A DNA stretch of 64,000 nt, taken from positions 538,244 to 602,243 of the forward strand of contig CAVWLR010000009.1 in NCBI GenBank assembly GCA_963755855.1. The letters are read 5' to 3'. Shown here one piece after another: positions 48,901-57,850 of the stretch. The stretch comes from an uncultured Actinomycetes bacterium (GTDB lineage Bacteria > Actinomycetota > Acidimicrobiia > IMCC26256 > DASPTH01). The notes beneath the pieces were generated by a model. That model made no database searches. It was not told the origin of the DNA and saw only the letters and a list, made by a program, of their open reading frames with translations. Made by a program: the position numbers and the translations under genes. Each line of letters opens with the position of its first letter. Within the stretch, counting starts at the first letter, position 1.

Positions 48901-49071
48901 GGTGGGCGCCTCAGCGCCCAGGTCAACGGGCTCGAGGTGCTGTCGGTGGACGACCTCGAGCAGGCATCGTCCGAGCGGGGCCGTGACGCCGCCACGGGCA
49001 ACCGCGTCGGGGTGCAGGCGTGGTCGTCGACCGACCTGGTCATCGACACCGTGCGCGTCGCCGCCCGCTGA
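45988..49071 (+). CDS. XRE-type HTH protein with a roughly 750-aa Pro/Ala/Glu-rich disordered region and a C-terminal DUF1080-like (ConA-like) domain
   Basis: HTH: LGKHLRSIRRKKGLSLSEVARGAGLSRRELVAYERGK. C-terminus: DFVAEVEVDFRSGPGLGVLFRAS...GYSFDIDP...RVGVQAWSSTDLVIDTVRV. No TM segment. Confidence 0.7.
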   Translation: MAEATTTEITVTPKQLGKHLRSIRRKKGLSLSEVARGAGLSRRELVAYERGKLPVPESDLWVLAGSCGVDVSELMPTTSSMELTAAASTTSVGDTVSQLRRNQEDAGITPYLHTLHKLQALPAGKRIPVKDRDLEQMATALGATPRSIEQKLQEVLNVSPDEAERLRAMILVPPNGRGKPRALAASPSAMAAAAAAEAAAAAAAQAALPAPAPAPVPAPVEAPLSAVPTPTPFAAPAPTPFDTTTELPLPAPAIPYAAAAPAAPPAPAPAPSAAEPVQTFPVAPAAFLDTPLDAPIDAQYGNNVDVFAELARLPEPVPLGDPSAPMPDLLAPPAAFTEPLVGVPAIGPPEGAVELVDSTMPSSSGTTTATGAPAWGAADAPPIDVAMRQGSSTWDLGEPPLVAKSAPATPPGAWETGNWQPPAPEGAEATPGGFWEGTDDWAPPVAPPSDPASAGAPAAAPTQAFTDTTGSPFAEPVAAPRTEPAVDGPAAPMALGEDTWAGAAWDPQPWAASAAADTGVVGGVTGGSNGADDGTLDVNPWAGDEWVREPAEQGAWDHRPDPAATDSGFYVDWGTPETEKSPVWEHHTDAAAPPVPAVDEPAITAEPAASLEAAFATTPVEHEHDDPFAAFTPTAPVIETEPLTTPYESYVPADVSTDEPADVEVVAESVDAPPAWDTWSQPAEAFVPTPELVEEHTPVYETSYESTAAPTESVYESTDAVEAPVDHELAPAWDTWSPPEEALVVPAFEPADDDAVDAVTLDVTVTETSADSVVDEPIVDPEPVAALAPISWRADGPDADATVVADPEPALAPVEETPESPWTSEFATATGTTEPEPEPRSAAEEFVAAGPDWELGNALPLVEVRGQGGLVMRRADERWALADITTTSDFVAEVEVDFRSGPGLGVLFRASTDEEGRMSGYSFDIDPIYDGGGYLVRQWQSDRELWNPIARVSGDDPSSMYGVLLVRLELIGGRLSAQVNGLEVLSVDDLEQASSERGRDAATGNRVGVQAWSSTDLVIDTVRVAAR

Positions 49072-49108
49072 CCCCACCCTCCCGGTCCTCCCGGTACCCT
49101 CACCGCCC

Positions 49109-49835
49109 GTGGAGGTCGAGGAGTACGCGCGCATCGCCGCGGTCGAGGACGACCACTGGTGGTACCGCAACACGCGAGCGCTGGCCGCCGACCTGCTCGC
49201 TCCCTGGCTGCACCGCACGGAGCGCATCCTCGACGCCGGGTGCGGTCCCGGCGGGAACGGTGCGTGGCTCGCCGAGCACGGCGCAGTGGTCGGTGTCGAC
49301 CTGTCGCCCGACGCGCTCGCATTCGTGCGCGCCCGGCGGCCCGCGACGGCACCGGTGAGAGCCAGCCTCGAGGCGCTCCCCTTCGCCGACGGCACCTACG
49401 ACGCAGTCGTGGGGCTGACCGTGCTGTACACGGTGCCCGACGACGCGCGCGCCGTCCGAGAGCTCGGCTCGCGTCACGAAGCCGGGCGGCGCGGTGCTGC
49501 TGGTGGAGCCCGCGTTCGAGTTCCTCGGTCGCACCCACGACGCCACCGTCCACGGGCGGCGTCGCTACCGACGCGCCGGCATCGCGGCCCTGGCGACCGA
49601 TGCCGGCCTCACCGTGCGGCGGAGCACGTACGCCTACTCGTTCCTCGCCCCGCCGGCGGCCACGCTCGGCGTGGTCGACCGGCTCCGCGGCCGGCGCGAC
49701 GAGCCCGCGGGCTCCGACGTCGACAAGCGCTCGCTCGACCGCGCCTTCGCGCCGCTCGCGACGCGAGAACGGAAGTGGCTCGCCCACCACGACCTGCCGG
49801 TGGGCACGTCGGTCGTCCTGCTGGCTACCCGCTGA
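49109..49835 (+). CDS. class I SAM-dependent methyltransferase, single frameshift near 49475
   Basis: ILDAGCGPGGNGAWL is in the frame of ORF 48902. RVTKPGGAVLLVEPAFEF is in the frame of ORF 49494. Confidence 0.6.
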
Positions 49836-50562
49836 CCGACCGGCGACCCCGGCGCAGCACGACCATCTGCACCCACAACGCGGCCAGGTCGCGGAGCGTC
49901 CGCGCGATGGCGCCGACCCGGAAGAACTCCGAGGTGCCGTGGATGCGGCGGTAGTGGTGCACGCCCACCTCGGTGAAGCGGGCGCCGGCGTCCTGCAGCT
50001 TGCGCACGAGCTCCACGCAGATGACGCCGGTGGTGTGCACGAGCGTGACCCGATCGAGCGCGCTCCGCCGGATCAGGCGGAAGTCGCAGTCGGTGTCGCG
50101 GATGTGCAGCCCGAACATGAGCTTGACGAACCGGTGGTACACGCGTCCGATGACCGTGCGCAGCACGCCGTCGGCCCGCCGGATCTTGTAGCCCTGCACG
50201 ACGTCGACGTCGTCGGTCGCGCGCTGCACGAGGAGCTCGAGCTCGGCGGGGTCGAACTGCCCGTCGCCGTCGGTGTAGAAGACCCACTGCTTCCTCGACG
50301 CCGCGAACCCCGAGAGGAGCGCGCCGCCGTACCCGCGGTTGTGCTCGTGGGTGACCACCCGCAGCAGCGGCTCCCGCGTCGAGAGCTCCGCGAGGATCTC
50401 GGCCGAGCGGTCGGTCGAACCGTCGTTCACGACGATCACCTCGGCGTCGCGCACCTGCACCCGCGCGAGGGTCGCGACCGCGACCTCCACCATGCGGGCG
50501 ATCGTCGCCTCGTCGTTGTAACAGGGGAAGAAGACCGAGACGGCCTCGACCGCCCGATTCAC
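49825..50562 (-). CDS. GT2 polyprenol-phosphate glycosyltransferase (Ppm1/ArnC/GtrB-like)
   Basis: VSVFFPCYNDEATI...VIVVNDGSTDRS...YTDGDGQFD. GTGA overlap with the DegT stop. Confidence 0.75.
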   Translation of the reverse strand: MNRAVEAVSVFFPCYNDEATIARMVEVAVATLARVQVRDAEVIVVNDGSTDRSAEILAELSTREPLLRVVTHEHNRGYGGALLSGFAASRKQWVFYTDGDGQFDPAELELLVQRATDDVDVVQGYKIRRADGVLRTVIGRVYHRFVKLMFGLHIRDTDCDFRLIRRSALDRVTLVHTTGVICVELVRKLQDAGARFTEVGVHHYRRIHGTSEFFRVGAIARTLRDLAALWVQMVVLRRGRRSVSG

Positions 50563-51611
50563 CGGATCGCTCGACACACCGCCTCGATCTCGTCGTCGGT
50601 CATCTCGGGAAAGCAGGGGAACGATACGCACTCGGCCGCCCAGCGCTCCGCTTCCGGGCACGGTGCGCGCAGGAACTGCTCGTACGCAGGCTGCTGCGTG
50701 AGCGCACGCGGGTAGTGCACACCCGTGTCGAACGGGAGGCGGCGGCGGAGCTCGTCGCGATCGGGCACCCTCGCGACGCACAGGTGGTGCACGTGACGGG
50801 CGTGCTCGGCCTGCCAGCGGAGCCCGGGAGCGGCGGCGCGGTAGCTCGCGGCGATGTGCCGGCGGCGGGCGTTGTCGGCCTCGACCCGAGGCAGCCCGAT
50901 CCGCAGCGCGGCCGCGGCGACGTCGGACAGGCGCGCGTTGGTCGACACCACCGTGTGCACGTAGCCCCCTGCATGCCCGTGGGCGCGCAGGAGCCGCAGC
51001 GAGTCGGCGAGCTCGTCGTCGTCGGTGAGCACGGCACCGCCGTCGGTGATCCCGCCCAGGTTCTTGGTCGGATAGAAGCTGCAGGCGACGGCCGCCGAGC
51101 CGCTCCCCGGGTCGAGCGCACCGAAGGCCTGGGCGGCGTCTTCGACCACCGGGACGCCGAGCCCGGGCAGCACGGCTGGGCGCCCGTAGAGGTGCACCGG
51201 GATCACGGCGCGGGTGCGATCGGTGAGCGCGGCGCGCGCCGCCGCCTCGTCGAGCGTCGCGGTGTCGGCCTCGACGTCGGCGAACACGGGGACCGCGCCG
51301 GTGGCGCACACCGCCGCCGCGGTCGGCACGGCGGTGAGCGCGGGCACGATCACCTCGTCGCCCGGCCCGACGCCGAGCGCCACGAGCGCAAGCCGGAGCG
51401 CATCGGTGCCCGACGACACCCCGATCGCGTGACGACGTCCCGTCGCGCGCGCGAGCTCGGACTCGAAGGCGTCGAGCTCGGGACCGAAGAGGTACGCACC
51501 CGAGCGCACCACGCGCGTGACCGCGTCGGTGAGCGCGGGTTCGAGCGCGGCAGCACGGCGGGCGAGGTCGACGACCGGGATGCGCGTCGAGGCCGGTTCG
51601 TCGGACGTCAC
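50559..51611 (-). CDS. DegT/DnrJ/EryC1/StrS family aminotransferase
   Basis: Full-length PLP-dependent fold-I sugar aminotransferase pattern. Confidence 0.9.
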   Translation of the reverse strand: MTSDEPASTRIPVVDLARRAAALEPALTDAVTRVVRSGAYLFGPELDAFESELARATGRRHAIGVSSGTDALRLALVALGVGPGDEVIVPALTAVPTAAAVCATGAVPVFADVEADTATLDEAAARAALTDRTRAVIPVHLYGRPAVLPGLGVPVVEDAAQAFGALDPGSGSAAVACSFYPTKNLGGITDGGAVLTDDDELADSLRLLRAHGHAGGYVHTVVSTNARLSDVAAAALRIGLPRVEADNARRRHIAASYRAAAPGLRWQAEHARHVHHLCVARVPDRDELRRRLPFDTGVHYPRALTQQPAYEQFLRAPCPEAERWAAECVSFPCFPEMTDDEIEAVCRAIR

Positions 51612-52684
51612 AGGTACCAGGCCGCGCGCGCCCGGTAGAACGCGAGCGTCCGCGCGATTCCCGCCGCGAACGCGGTGCGGGGCTCCCAGCCGAGCAGCCG
51701 CTTGGCCTTCGACGAGTCACCGAAGTACGAGCCGATGTCGATGGAGTCGCGGTCGGGAGGCCACGGCACGTGCTCCACCCGCCCGGTCCCGGCCGCGTCG
51801 ACGACCGCGTCGGCGATGGCACCGAGCGAGAGCCGCTCGTCGTTCCCGACGTTGAAGATCTGCCCGGGCGCGTCGACGGCGGTGGCGGCCAGCAACAGGC
51901 ACTCGACGACGTCGTCGACGTACAGGCAGTCGCGCTGCTGCTCCCCGTCACCGAACACGGTGATGGCGTCGTCGGCCAGCACGCGGCGCACGAAGATCGG
52001 GAGGAAGCCCTGCAGGTCGTCGCGCAGGCGCTGGCGGGGCCCGAACACGTTGGTCAGCCGCACTGCGGTCGCCGGCAGTCCGTAGACCTCGTGGTAGAGG
52101 AGGTGGAGCTGCTCGGTGGCGTACTTCGTGATGCCGTTGACGTCGACCGGCGCCACCGGGTGGTCCTCGTCGACCGGCAGGTACCGCGGCTTCCCGAAGA
52201 TCTGGCGGGTCGACGTGTAGACGACGGTCGCGGTCGGGTTCTCACGGCGCAGCAGCTCCAGGAAGCGGAACTGGCTGGTGGTGTTCACGTCGAGGTCGAA
52301 GAGCGGGTCGTCCATCGAGTCGACGTGGCTCACCTGCCCGGCGAGGTTGAACACCACGTCGGCACCGAGCGTCGCGGCGCGGACGTCGGGCCGGGTCGTG
52401 TCACCGATGTCGGCCTCCACCACCGTGATCCGGGCATCGGCCTCGGTGTGATCGCCGTCGGGGATCAGGTTGTGCGAGTCGGCGCCGTGGCGCTCGACGC
52501 GCGAATCGATCACGGTGACGTCGGCACCACCTGCGCTCAGGGCCAGCGCGAGGTTGGATCCGATGAAGCCGAGTCCACCGGTGACGAGGCACCGGCGCCC
52601 GGCAACGGCGTCGACAGGTGAGGGGCCCAGAGCGCGGTCAGTGTAGGAGGCCGCGCCGTCAGATCCCGCGACCCCGACCCGCAA
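51608..52684 (-). CDS. NAD-dependent NDP-sugar epimerase/dehydratase (SDR-extended)
   Basis: CLVTGGLGFIGSNL Rossmann motif. Start uncertain. Confidence 0.8.
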   Translation of the reverse strand: MRVGVAGSDGAASYTDRALGPSPVDAVAGRRCLVTGGLGFIGSNLALALSAGGADVTVIDSRVERHGADSHNLIPDGDHTEADARITVVEADIGDTTRPDVRAATLGADVVFNLAGQVSHVDSMDDPLFDLDVNTTSQFRFLELLRRENPTATVVYTSTRQIFGKPRYLPVDEDHPVAPVDVNGITKYATEQLHLLYHEVYGLPATAVRLTNVFGPRQRLRDDLQGFLPIFVRRVLADDAITVFGDGEQQRDCLYVDDVVECLLLAATAVDAPGQIFNVGNDERLSLGAIADAVVDAAGTGRVEHVPWPPDRDSIDIGSYFGDSSKAKRLLGWEPRTAFAAGIARTLAFYRARAAWYL

Positions 52685-53550
52685 CGGTCACGGTCGCCGA
52701 GACCCGCACCTCGTCCTCCACCGCCAGCCAGACCGCGAGCCGGTCACCGTCCTCCACGGGGCCCTCGCCGACACCTTCGACGGCGCCGTTCCCGGCGGGG
52801 GTCACCGTGCTGGCGACGGCGACGTCGTCGTGGCGCTCGAGGCTCCCCCGGTACTCGAAGCGGGCACGCCGCACGTGGCGATCCGCGAGGCGCCGCACGA
52901 GCTCGTCCTCCACCGCTTCGAGGGACCGCGCGTTGTTGACGTGGTCGAGGATGTCGAAGTCGCCGGCGCGCAGCGACCACGGGCGCCAGGACACGTCGGG
53001 CGGCGGCGCTGCGTGGACCAGCGGGCCGCGCACGCGGCGTCCCGCAGCCGATGCTCCGTAGCGCTGGTGGAAGTCGTCGTCGAGGGCGAGCGGGCGACCG
53101 GTGTCGCGATCGACGAACACCCAGAGCGCGGCGGCGTCGACCCGCGCACCGCCGTCGCCGACCAGCTGCGTCCGGCGCTCCGCCCAGCGCGGACCGATGC
53201 CGCTGCAGAACGTGGAGAGCTCGACCACTTCCTGGTACACCGGCGTGGTCACGACCTCGAGGTCGCTCGACCGCAGCACCCACACGCCTCGCGCGTCCGA
53301 GAGCCCGGCGTCGTCGGCGTCGTCGGTGGCGACGTCCTGCAGGAAGCGCGCCGATCGCGTCGAGCCGCAGCAGGCCGCGAGCGTCGACGTCGCCGAGGCG
53401 CACCCGCCGGTCGGCACGGAACACGCGGCCGCTCGCAGGCAGGTCCACGAATTCCGTCGTCACGCCCGCATCGTCCCACGGGCCCTCGGCGAGTTGCGTA
53501 TCAAGCGGTTGCGACGGGTGCGCCGAAACACTGGGGAACGGTGTCAGCAT
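52659..53550 (-). CDS. acyl-ACP thioesterase-like protein, single frameshift near 53340
   Basis: The N-terminal half is in the frame of ORF 52744, the C-terminal half (RFLQDVATDDADDAGL...) in the frame of ORF 52659. Confidence 0.5.
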
Positions 53551-53573
53551 GGGCGCCGACAGAGGGGCGTTCG

Positions 53574-55829
53574 GTGTCGGGATTCCTAGACCGCCTGGGG
53601 CGACGTGCAGTTCGTCACCGGTGGTGGTTCATCAGCGTGTGGATCGTGGCCGCGGTCGGGATCGTCGCGCTCGCGGGCGCCCTCGACGGCCAGTTCAGCG
53701 ACAACTTCCGCATCCCGAACACGCAGTCGCAGGAGGCACTCGACCTCCTGGAGCGTGACTTCCCGAGCGCCGCCGGCGACAGCGCACTCGTCGTGTTCGA
53801 CACGAAGGACGGCATCACCGACCCGTCGGCGGAGCCCGCCATCAGCGCGAGCGTGACCGCGCTCGGCAAGATCCCCCACGTCACGACCGTGACGAACCCC
53901 TACGGCCCGGTGGGGAGCGCGTTCATCTCGAAGAGCGGCGACATCGCCATCGTCACCGTGCAGTTCGACACCAAGGCCCAGAACCTGCCGAAGGACGTCT
54001 TCCAGCAACTGGAGGACGCGACCGCGCCCGCGACCAAGGCCGGGGTCGACGTCGCGTACGGCGGTGCGGTCACCGACTACGCCGACCAACCGCCCTCGGG
54101 CAACGCCGACCTCATCGGACTGCTCGCGGCCGTCATCATCCTGTTGTTCGCGTTCGGCTCCGTCGTCGCGATGGGGCTCCCCATCCTCACCGCGCTCTTC
54201 GGCCTCGGCGTCGGCATCTCGCTGGTGCACGTGATCGCGTCGTTCACCGAGATCGGCACCGTCGCCCCGGTGCTCGCGACGATGATCGGACTCGGCGTCG
54301 GCATCGACTACTCCCTGTTCATCGTCACCCGCTACCGCGAGAACCTCGCGACGGGCCTCGACGTCGAGGCCGCGGTCGGGCGCTCCGTCGCCACCGCCGG
54401 TTCCGCGGTGCTCTTCGCCGGCACCACCGTCGTGATCGCGATCTGCGGGCTCCTGGTCTCCGGCATCCCGTACGTCGCGCGCCTCGGCTACATGGCCGGG
54501 CTGGTCGTCGCGGTGATGATGCTCGCGGCGCTCACGTTCCTCCCCGCCATCATCGGCGCGGTCGGTCACGGCATCGACCGTTGGAAGGTGCCGAGCCTCC
54601 TCCACCACCCCGACCGCGCGGTCAGGGAGGGTCGTGACCCCGAGCCGCCCGCAGGCTCGGTCTGGGAGCGCTGGGCCACGCTCGTGGCGCGCCACGCGTG
54701 GCCGTTCGCAATCTTCGCGGTGGTGATCCTCCTCGTCATCGCGATGCCGGTGCTGTCGATGCGTCTCGGCGAGTCCGACGACGGCAACCTGCCGAAGTCC
54801 ACCACCCAGCGTCAGGCCTACGACCTCGTGGCGAAGGGCTTCGGTCCCGGCACCAACGGGCCGCTCGTCGTCGTCGTGCAACTGCCCTCCTCCGGTGACG
54901 CCGCCGTGCTCGCCGACGTGTCGAGCGCGCTCGAGAAGACCCCCGGCGTGCAGGCGGTGCTGCCCGCGCAGACCAGCCCGAACGGCGCGGTCGCCCAGAT
55001 CGCCGTGCTGCCGACCACCGCGCCCGACAGCGCGCAGACCGCCGATCTCGTGGGGACGCTGCGCAGCTCCGTGCTGCCCGCCGCCGTCGGCACCAGCGGC
55101 GCCCAGGCCTACGTGGGCGGGGTCACGGCCTCGTTCATCGACATCGGTGACCGCATCAGCAGCCGACTGCCCTACTTCATCGGCGCGGTCGTGCTGCTCT
55201 CGTTCATCCTGCTGCTGCTCGTGTTCCACTCGGTCCTGGTGCCGCTCACCGCCGCGGTGATGAACCTGCTGTCGGTGGCGGCGGCGTACGGCGCCACGGT
55301 CGCGGTGTTCCAGTGGGGCTGGGCGAAGGGGCTCGTCGGACTCGAGTCGACGGTGCCCATCGTGCCGTTCGTGCCCATGATGATGTTCGCCGTCCTCTTC
55401 GGCCTGTCGATGGACTACCAGGTGTTCCTGCTCACACGTGTGCGCGAGGAGTACGACAAGTCCGGCGACACGCGCCAGGGTGTGGTGCAGGGGCTGGCAC
55501 GCACTGCGCGCGTCATCACGTCGGCGGCGCTGATCATGATCTTCGTGTTCGGCGCGTTCGTGCTGAACCCGACGCCCGAGGTGAAGATGTTCGGGCTCGG
55601 GCTCGCGTTCGCGGTGCTCGTCGACGCGACCATCGTGCGCATGATGCTGGTGCCGTCGATCATGGAGATCCTCGGCGACGCCAACTGGTGGTTCCCGAAG
55701 TGGCTCGGCTTCCTCCCCCGCCTCGACATCGAGGGCGGCACCGACGAGCAGCCGGAGCCCGCCGCGCCTGACTCGCCTGACGCGCCCGACGCGCCGGACT
55801 CGCCCGACCGCGTCCCCGCCGAGGTCTAG
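53574..55829 (+). CDS. MMPL family RND-type transporter
   Basis: 751 aa with two TM bundles and MMPL motifs. GTG start. Confidence 0.85.
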   Translation: MSGFLDRLGRRAVRHRWWFISVWIVAAVGIVALAGALDGQFSDNFRIPNTQSQEALDLLERDFPSAAGDSALVVFDTKDGITDPSAEPAISASVTALGKIPHVTTVTNPYGPVGSAFISKSGDIAIVTVQFDTKAQNLPKDVFQQLEDATAPATKAGVDVAYGGAVTDYADQPPSGNADLIGLLAAVIILLFAFGSVVAMGLPILTALFGLGVGISLVHVIASFTEIGTVAPVLATMIGLGVGIDYSLFIVTRYRENLATGLDVEAAVGRSVATAGSAVLFAGTTVVIAICGLLVSGIPYVARLGYMAGLVVAVMMLAALTFLPAIIGAVGHGIDRWKVPSLLHHPDRAVREGRDPEPPAGSVWERWATLVARHAWPFAIFAVVILLVIAMPVLSMRLGESDDGNLPKSTTQRQAYDLVAKGFGPGTNGPLVVVVQLPSSGDAAVLADVSSALEKTPGVQAVLPAQTSPNGAVAQIAVLPTTAPDSAQTADLVGTLRSSVLPAAVGTSGAQAYVGGVTASFIDIGDRISSRLPYFIGAVVLLSFILLLLVFHSVLVPLTAAVMNLLSVAAAYGATVAVFQWGWAKGLVGLESTVPIVPFVPMMMFAVLFGLSMDYQVFLLTRVREEYDKSGDTRQGVVQGLARTARVITSAALIMIFVFGAFVLNPTPEVKMFGLGLAFAVLVDATIVRMMLVPSIMEILGDANWWFPKWLGFLPRLDIEGGTDEQPEPAAPDSPDAPDAPDSPDRVPAEV

Positions 55830-55874
55830 CCCGCTCGTCGCGACGAGAACTCCGAACCGTCGAAGGGAGGCGTC

Positions 55875-56105
55875 GTGGCTCGATGCAAGGTCTACGAGAT
55901 CCGAGGCCCGGACGCGAAGCGCACCGGTGGCGCGGAGCGCTGCGTCCGTGAAGCGGGCGACGAGGTCGTCCTCGAGGGTCGTCGCTTCCGGACCTGTGAG
56001 CACCACCGGAAGAAGCGCTGGGATCTCTTCGTCGACGGCGGCTGGCTCTACACGGTCGACCCGAAGGCCGAGCCGGTCAAGAAGCACAAGAAGCGCAAGC
56101 GCTGA
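55875..56105 (+). CDS. small basic Cys/His-containing protein (76 aa) with a Lys-rich tail
   Basis: AAGGGAGG RBS. High GC3. C4, C23, C42, HH then KKHKKRKR. Confidence 0.45.
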   Translation: MARCKVYEIRGPDAKRTGGAERCVREAGDEVVLEGRRFRTCEHHRKKRWDLFVDGGWLYTVDPKAEPVKKHKKRKR

Positions 56106-56176
56106 CCGGCCCGGCGGCGCTCGACCGTGTGACAGGGTCGCGGTGCTGATGGACGACGAGGACGAGGGGACGAAGC

Positions 56177-56665
56177 ATGCGACGGGTGGTCACGGGGCTC
56201 GGCGACGACGGTCGTTCGAAGGTCTGCTCCGACGGGCACGCCCCGGTCGCGTTCGCGCCGCGGCGCGACGGCGCGGGCCTGGACCGGATCGCGGGCGGCG
56301 TCGAGCCCGATTCCGGGTCGTCGGTGGTCAACGAGCTGTGGGCGCTCACCGGCGAGCCGTCGGTGACGACGGACGATCCCACGCTCGGGCTCGAGGCGTT
56401 CAGCGTCGACGTCCCCCCGGGCGAGACCCGGTGGATCATCACCCAGATGGGTCCCGGGCTCACCGCGCCGATGCACAGCACCCCGACCATCGACTACGGC
56501 CTCGTGGTGGCGGGTGACGTCGAGCTCGGCCTCGAGGACGGCTCGGTGCACCTGCACGCGGGCGACTCCGTGGTGGTGAACGGCGTCCAGCACTCGTGGC
56601 TCGCAGGCCCCGAGGGTTGCCTGATCGCCACCGTCCTCGTCGGGCTGCGCGACGCCGAGCGCTGA
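56177..56665 (+). CDS. cupin domain protein
   Basis: A C-terminal cupin-like beta-barrel reading (domain assignment is tentative). Confidence 0.65.
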   Translation: MRRVVTGLGDDGRSKVCSDGHAPVAFAPRRDGAGLDRIAGGVEPDSGSSVVNELWALTGEPSVTTDDPTLGLEAFSVDVPPGETRWIITQMGPGLTAPMHSTPTIDYGLVVAGDVELGLEDGSVHLHAGDSVVVNGVQHSWLAGPEGCLIATVLVGLRDAER

Positions 56666-56667
56666 CT

Positions 56668-57027
56668 TCAGTCGAGCAGCTCGTTCACGCGCTCGCTCGG
56701 TCGGGCGATCACCGCTCGGTCACCGACGAACACCACCGGACGCTCCATGAGCTCGGGGTGCTCGAGCAGCACCGCCACGACCTCGTCGCGCGTCGTGTAG
56801 TCGGCCGCGTCGAGCTGCAGCTCCTTGAACCGCTTGTCCTTGCGCACCAGCGCGGCGGGCTCGTCGGAGATCGCGTCGACGATGCGCTCGAGGTCGGCTC
56901 GGCTCGGGTTGGTCTTGAGGTACTCGATGACCTCGGCGTCGACGTTGCGCTCGCCGAGGATCTCGAGCGCGCCACGCGACTTGCTGCACACCGGGTTGTG
57001 GTACACGACCACGTTGTCGTCAGTCAT
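56668..57027 (-). CDS. ArsC/Spx family arsenate-reductase-like protein
   Basis: VVVYHNPVCSKSRGALEIL. Confidence 0.85.
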   Translation of the reverse strand: MTDDNVVVYHNPVCSKSRGALEILGERNVDAEVIEYLKTNPSRADLERIVDAISDEPAALVRKDKRFKELQLDAADYTTRDEVVAVLLEHPELMERPVVFVGDRAVIARPSERVNELLD

Positions 57028-57051
57028 GACGCGGAGGCTACCGCTCTCCCG

Positions 57052-57763
57052 TCACCGATCATCGGGGTCGGGCAACGTCGTCATCGGCGGACCCGACACC
57101 GCGCGCGCGACGCGCTCCAGGTACTCGGCGCGCGGCACGTCGACGGCACCGAGCGACGCGAGGTGTGGCGTCGTCCACTGCACGTCGAGCAGCGTGCCGC
57201 CACCCGTGCGCATCAGCTCGACCAGCGCGACGACCGCGACCTTCGACGCGTCGGTCACGCGATGGAACTTCGACTCGGCTGCGAACAGGCCACCGATGGC
57301 GATGCCGTAGAGACCGCCGACCAGCGCGTCGCGTCCGTCGTCGTCGACCATCCACGTCTCCACGCTGTGCGCCCAACCGAGTTCGTGCAGCGCGCTGTAC
57401 GCGGCGATGAACTTCTTGTCGATCCACCCGTGCGGACGCTTCGGATCGGCGCAGCCGCGCATCACGTCCTGGAACGCGGTGTCGACGCGGATCTCGAAGC
57501 GTCGCTGCGAGCGGCGCAAGCGAGCGGCTGACGTGCACGCCGTCGAGCGGGATGATCCCCCGCGGGTCGGGCGACCACCATCCGAGCGGTCCCGGTCCGA
57601 GCGGACCGCGACCGTGCAGACGCATCGGGAACAAGCCCTGGCGGTACGCGGCGAGGAGCGTGCCGGGAGCGAGATCGGCCCCCACGCCGGCGATCTCCGC
57701 GCCGTCGACCATCTGTGCCGGCGATGGCAGCTCCCAGCGGGTCGGGGGTGGCTCGAACGGCAC
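57052..57763 (-). CDS. aat: leucyl/phenylalanyl-tRNA--protein transferase, single frameshift near 57525
   Basis: GLFPM...WWSPDPRGIIPLDGVHVSRSL is in the frame of ORF 57059. RRSQRRFEIRVDTAFQDVM... is in the frame of ORF 57052. There is one extra G. Confidence 0.7.
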
Positions 57764-57850
57764 CGCACGCACGCTACCGAACCGCTCTGACCTGCGGCTT
57801 CGCGCCTCCCGGGGCCCGATTTGTGACAGGCGGCACCGACCCTTACTAGC

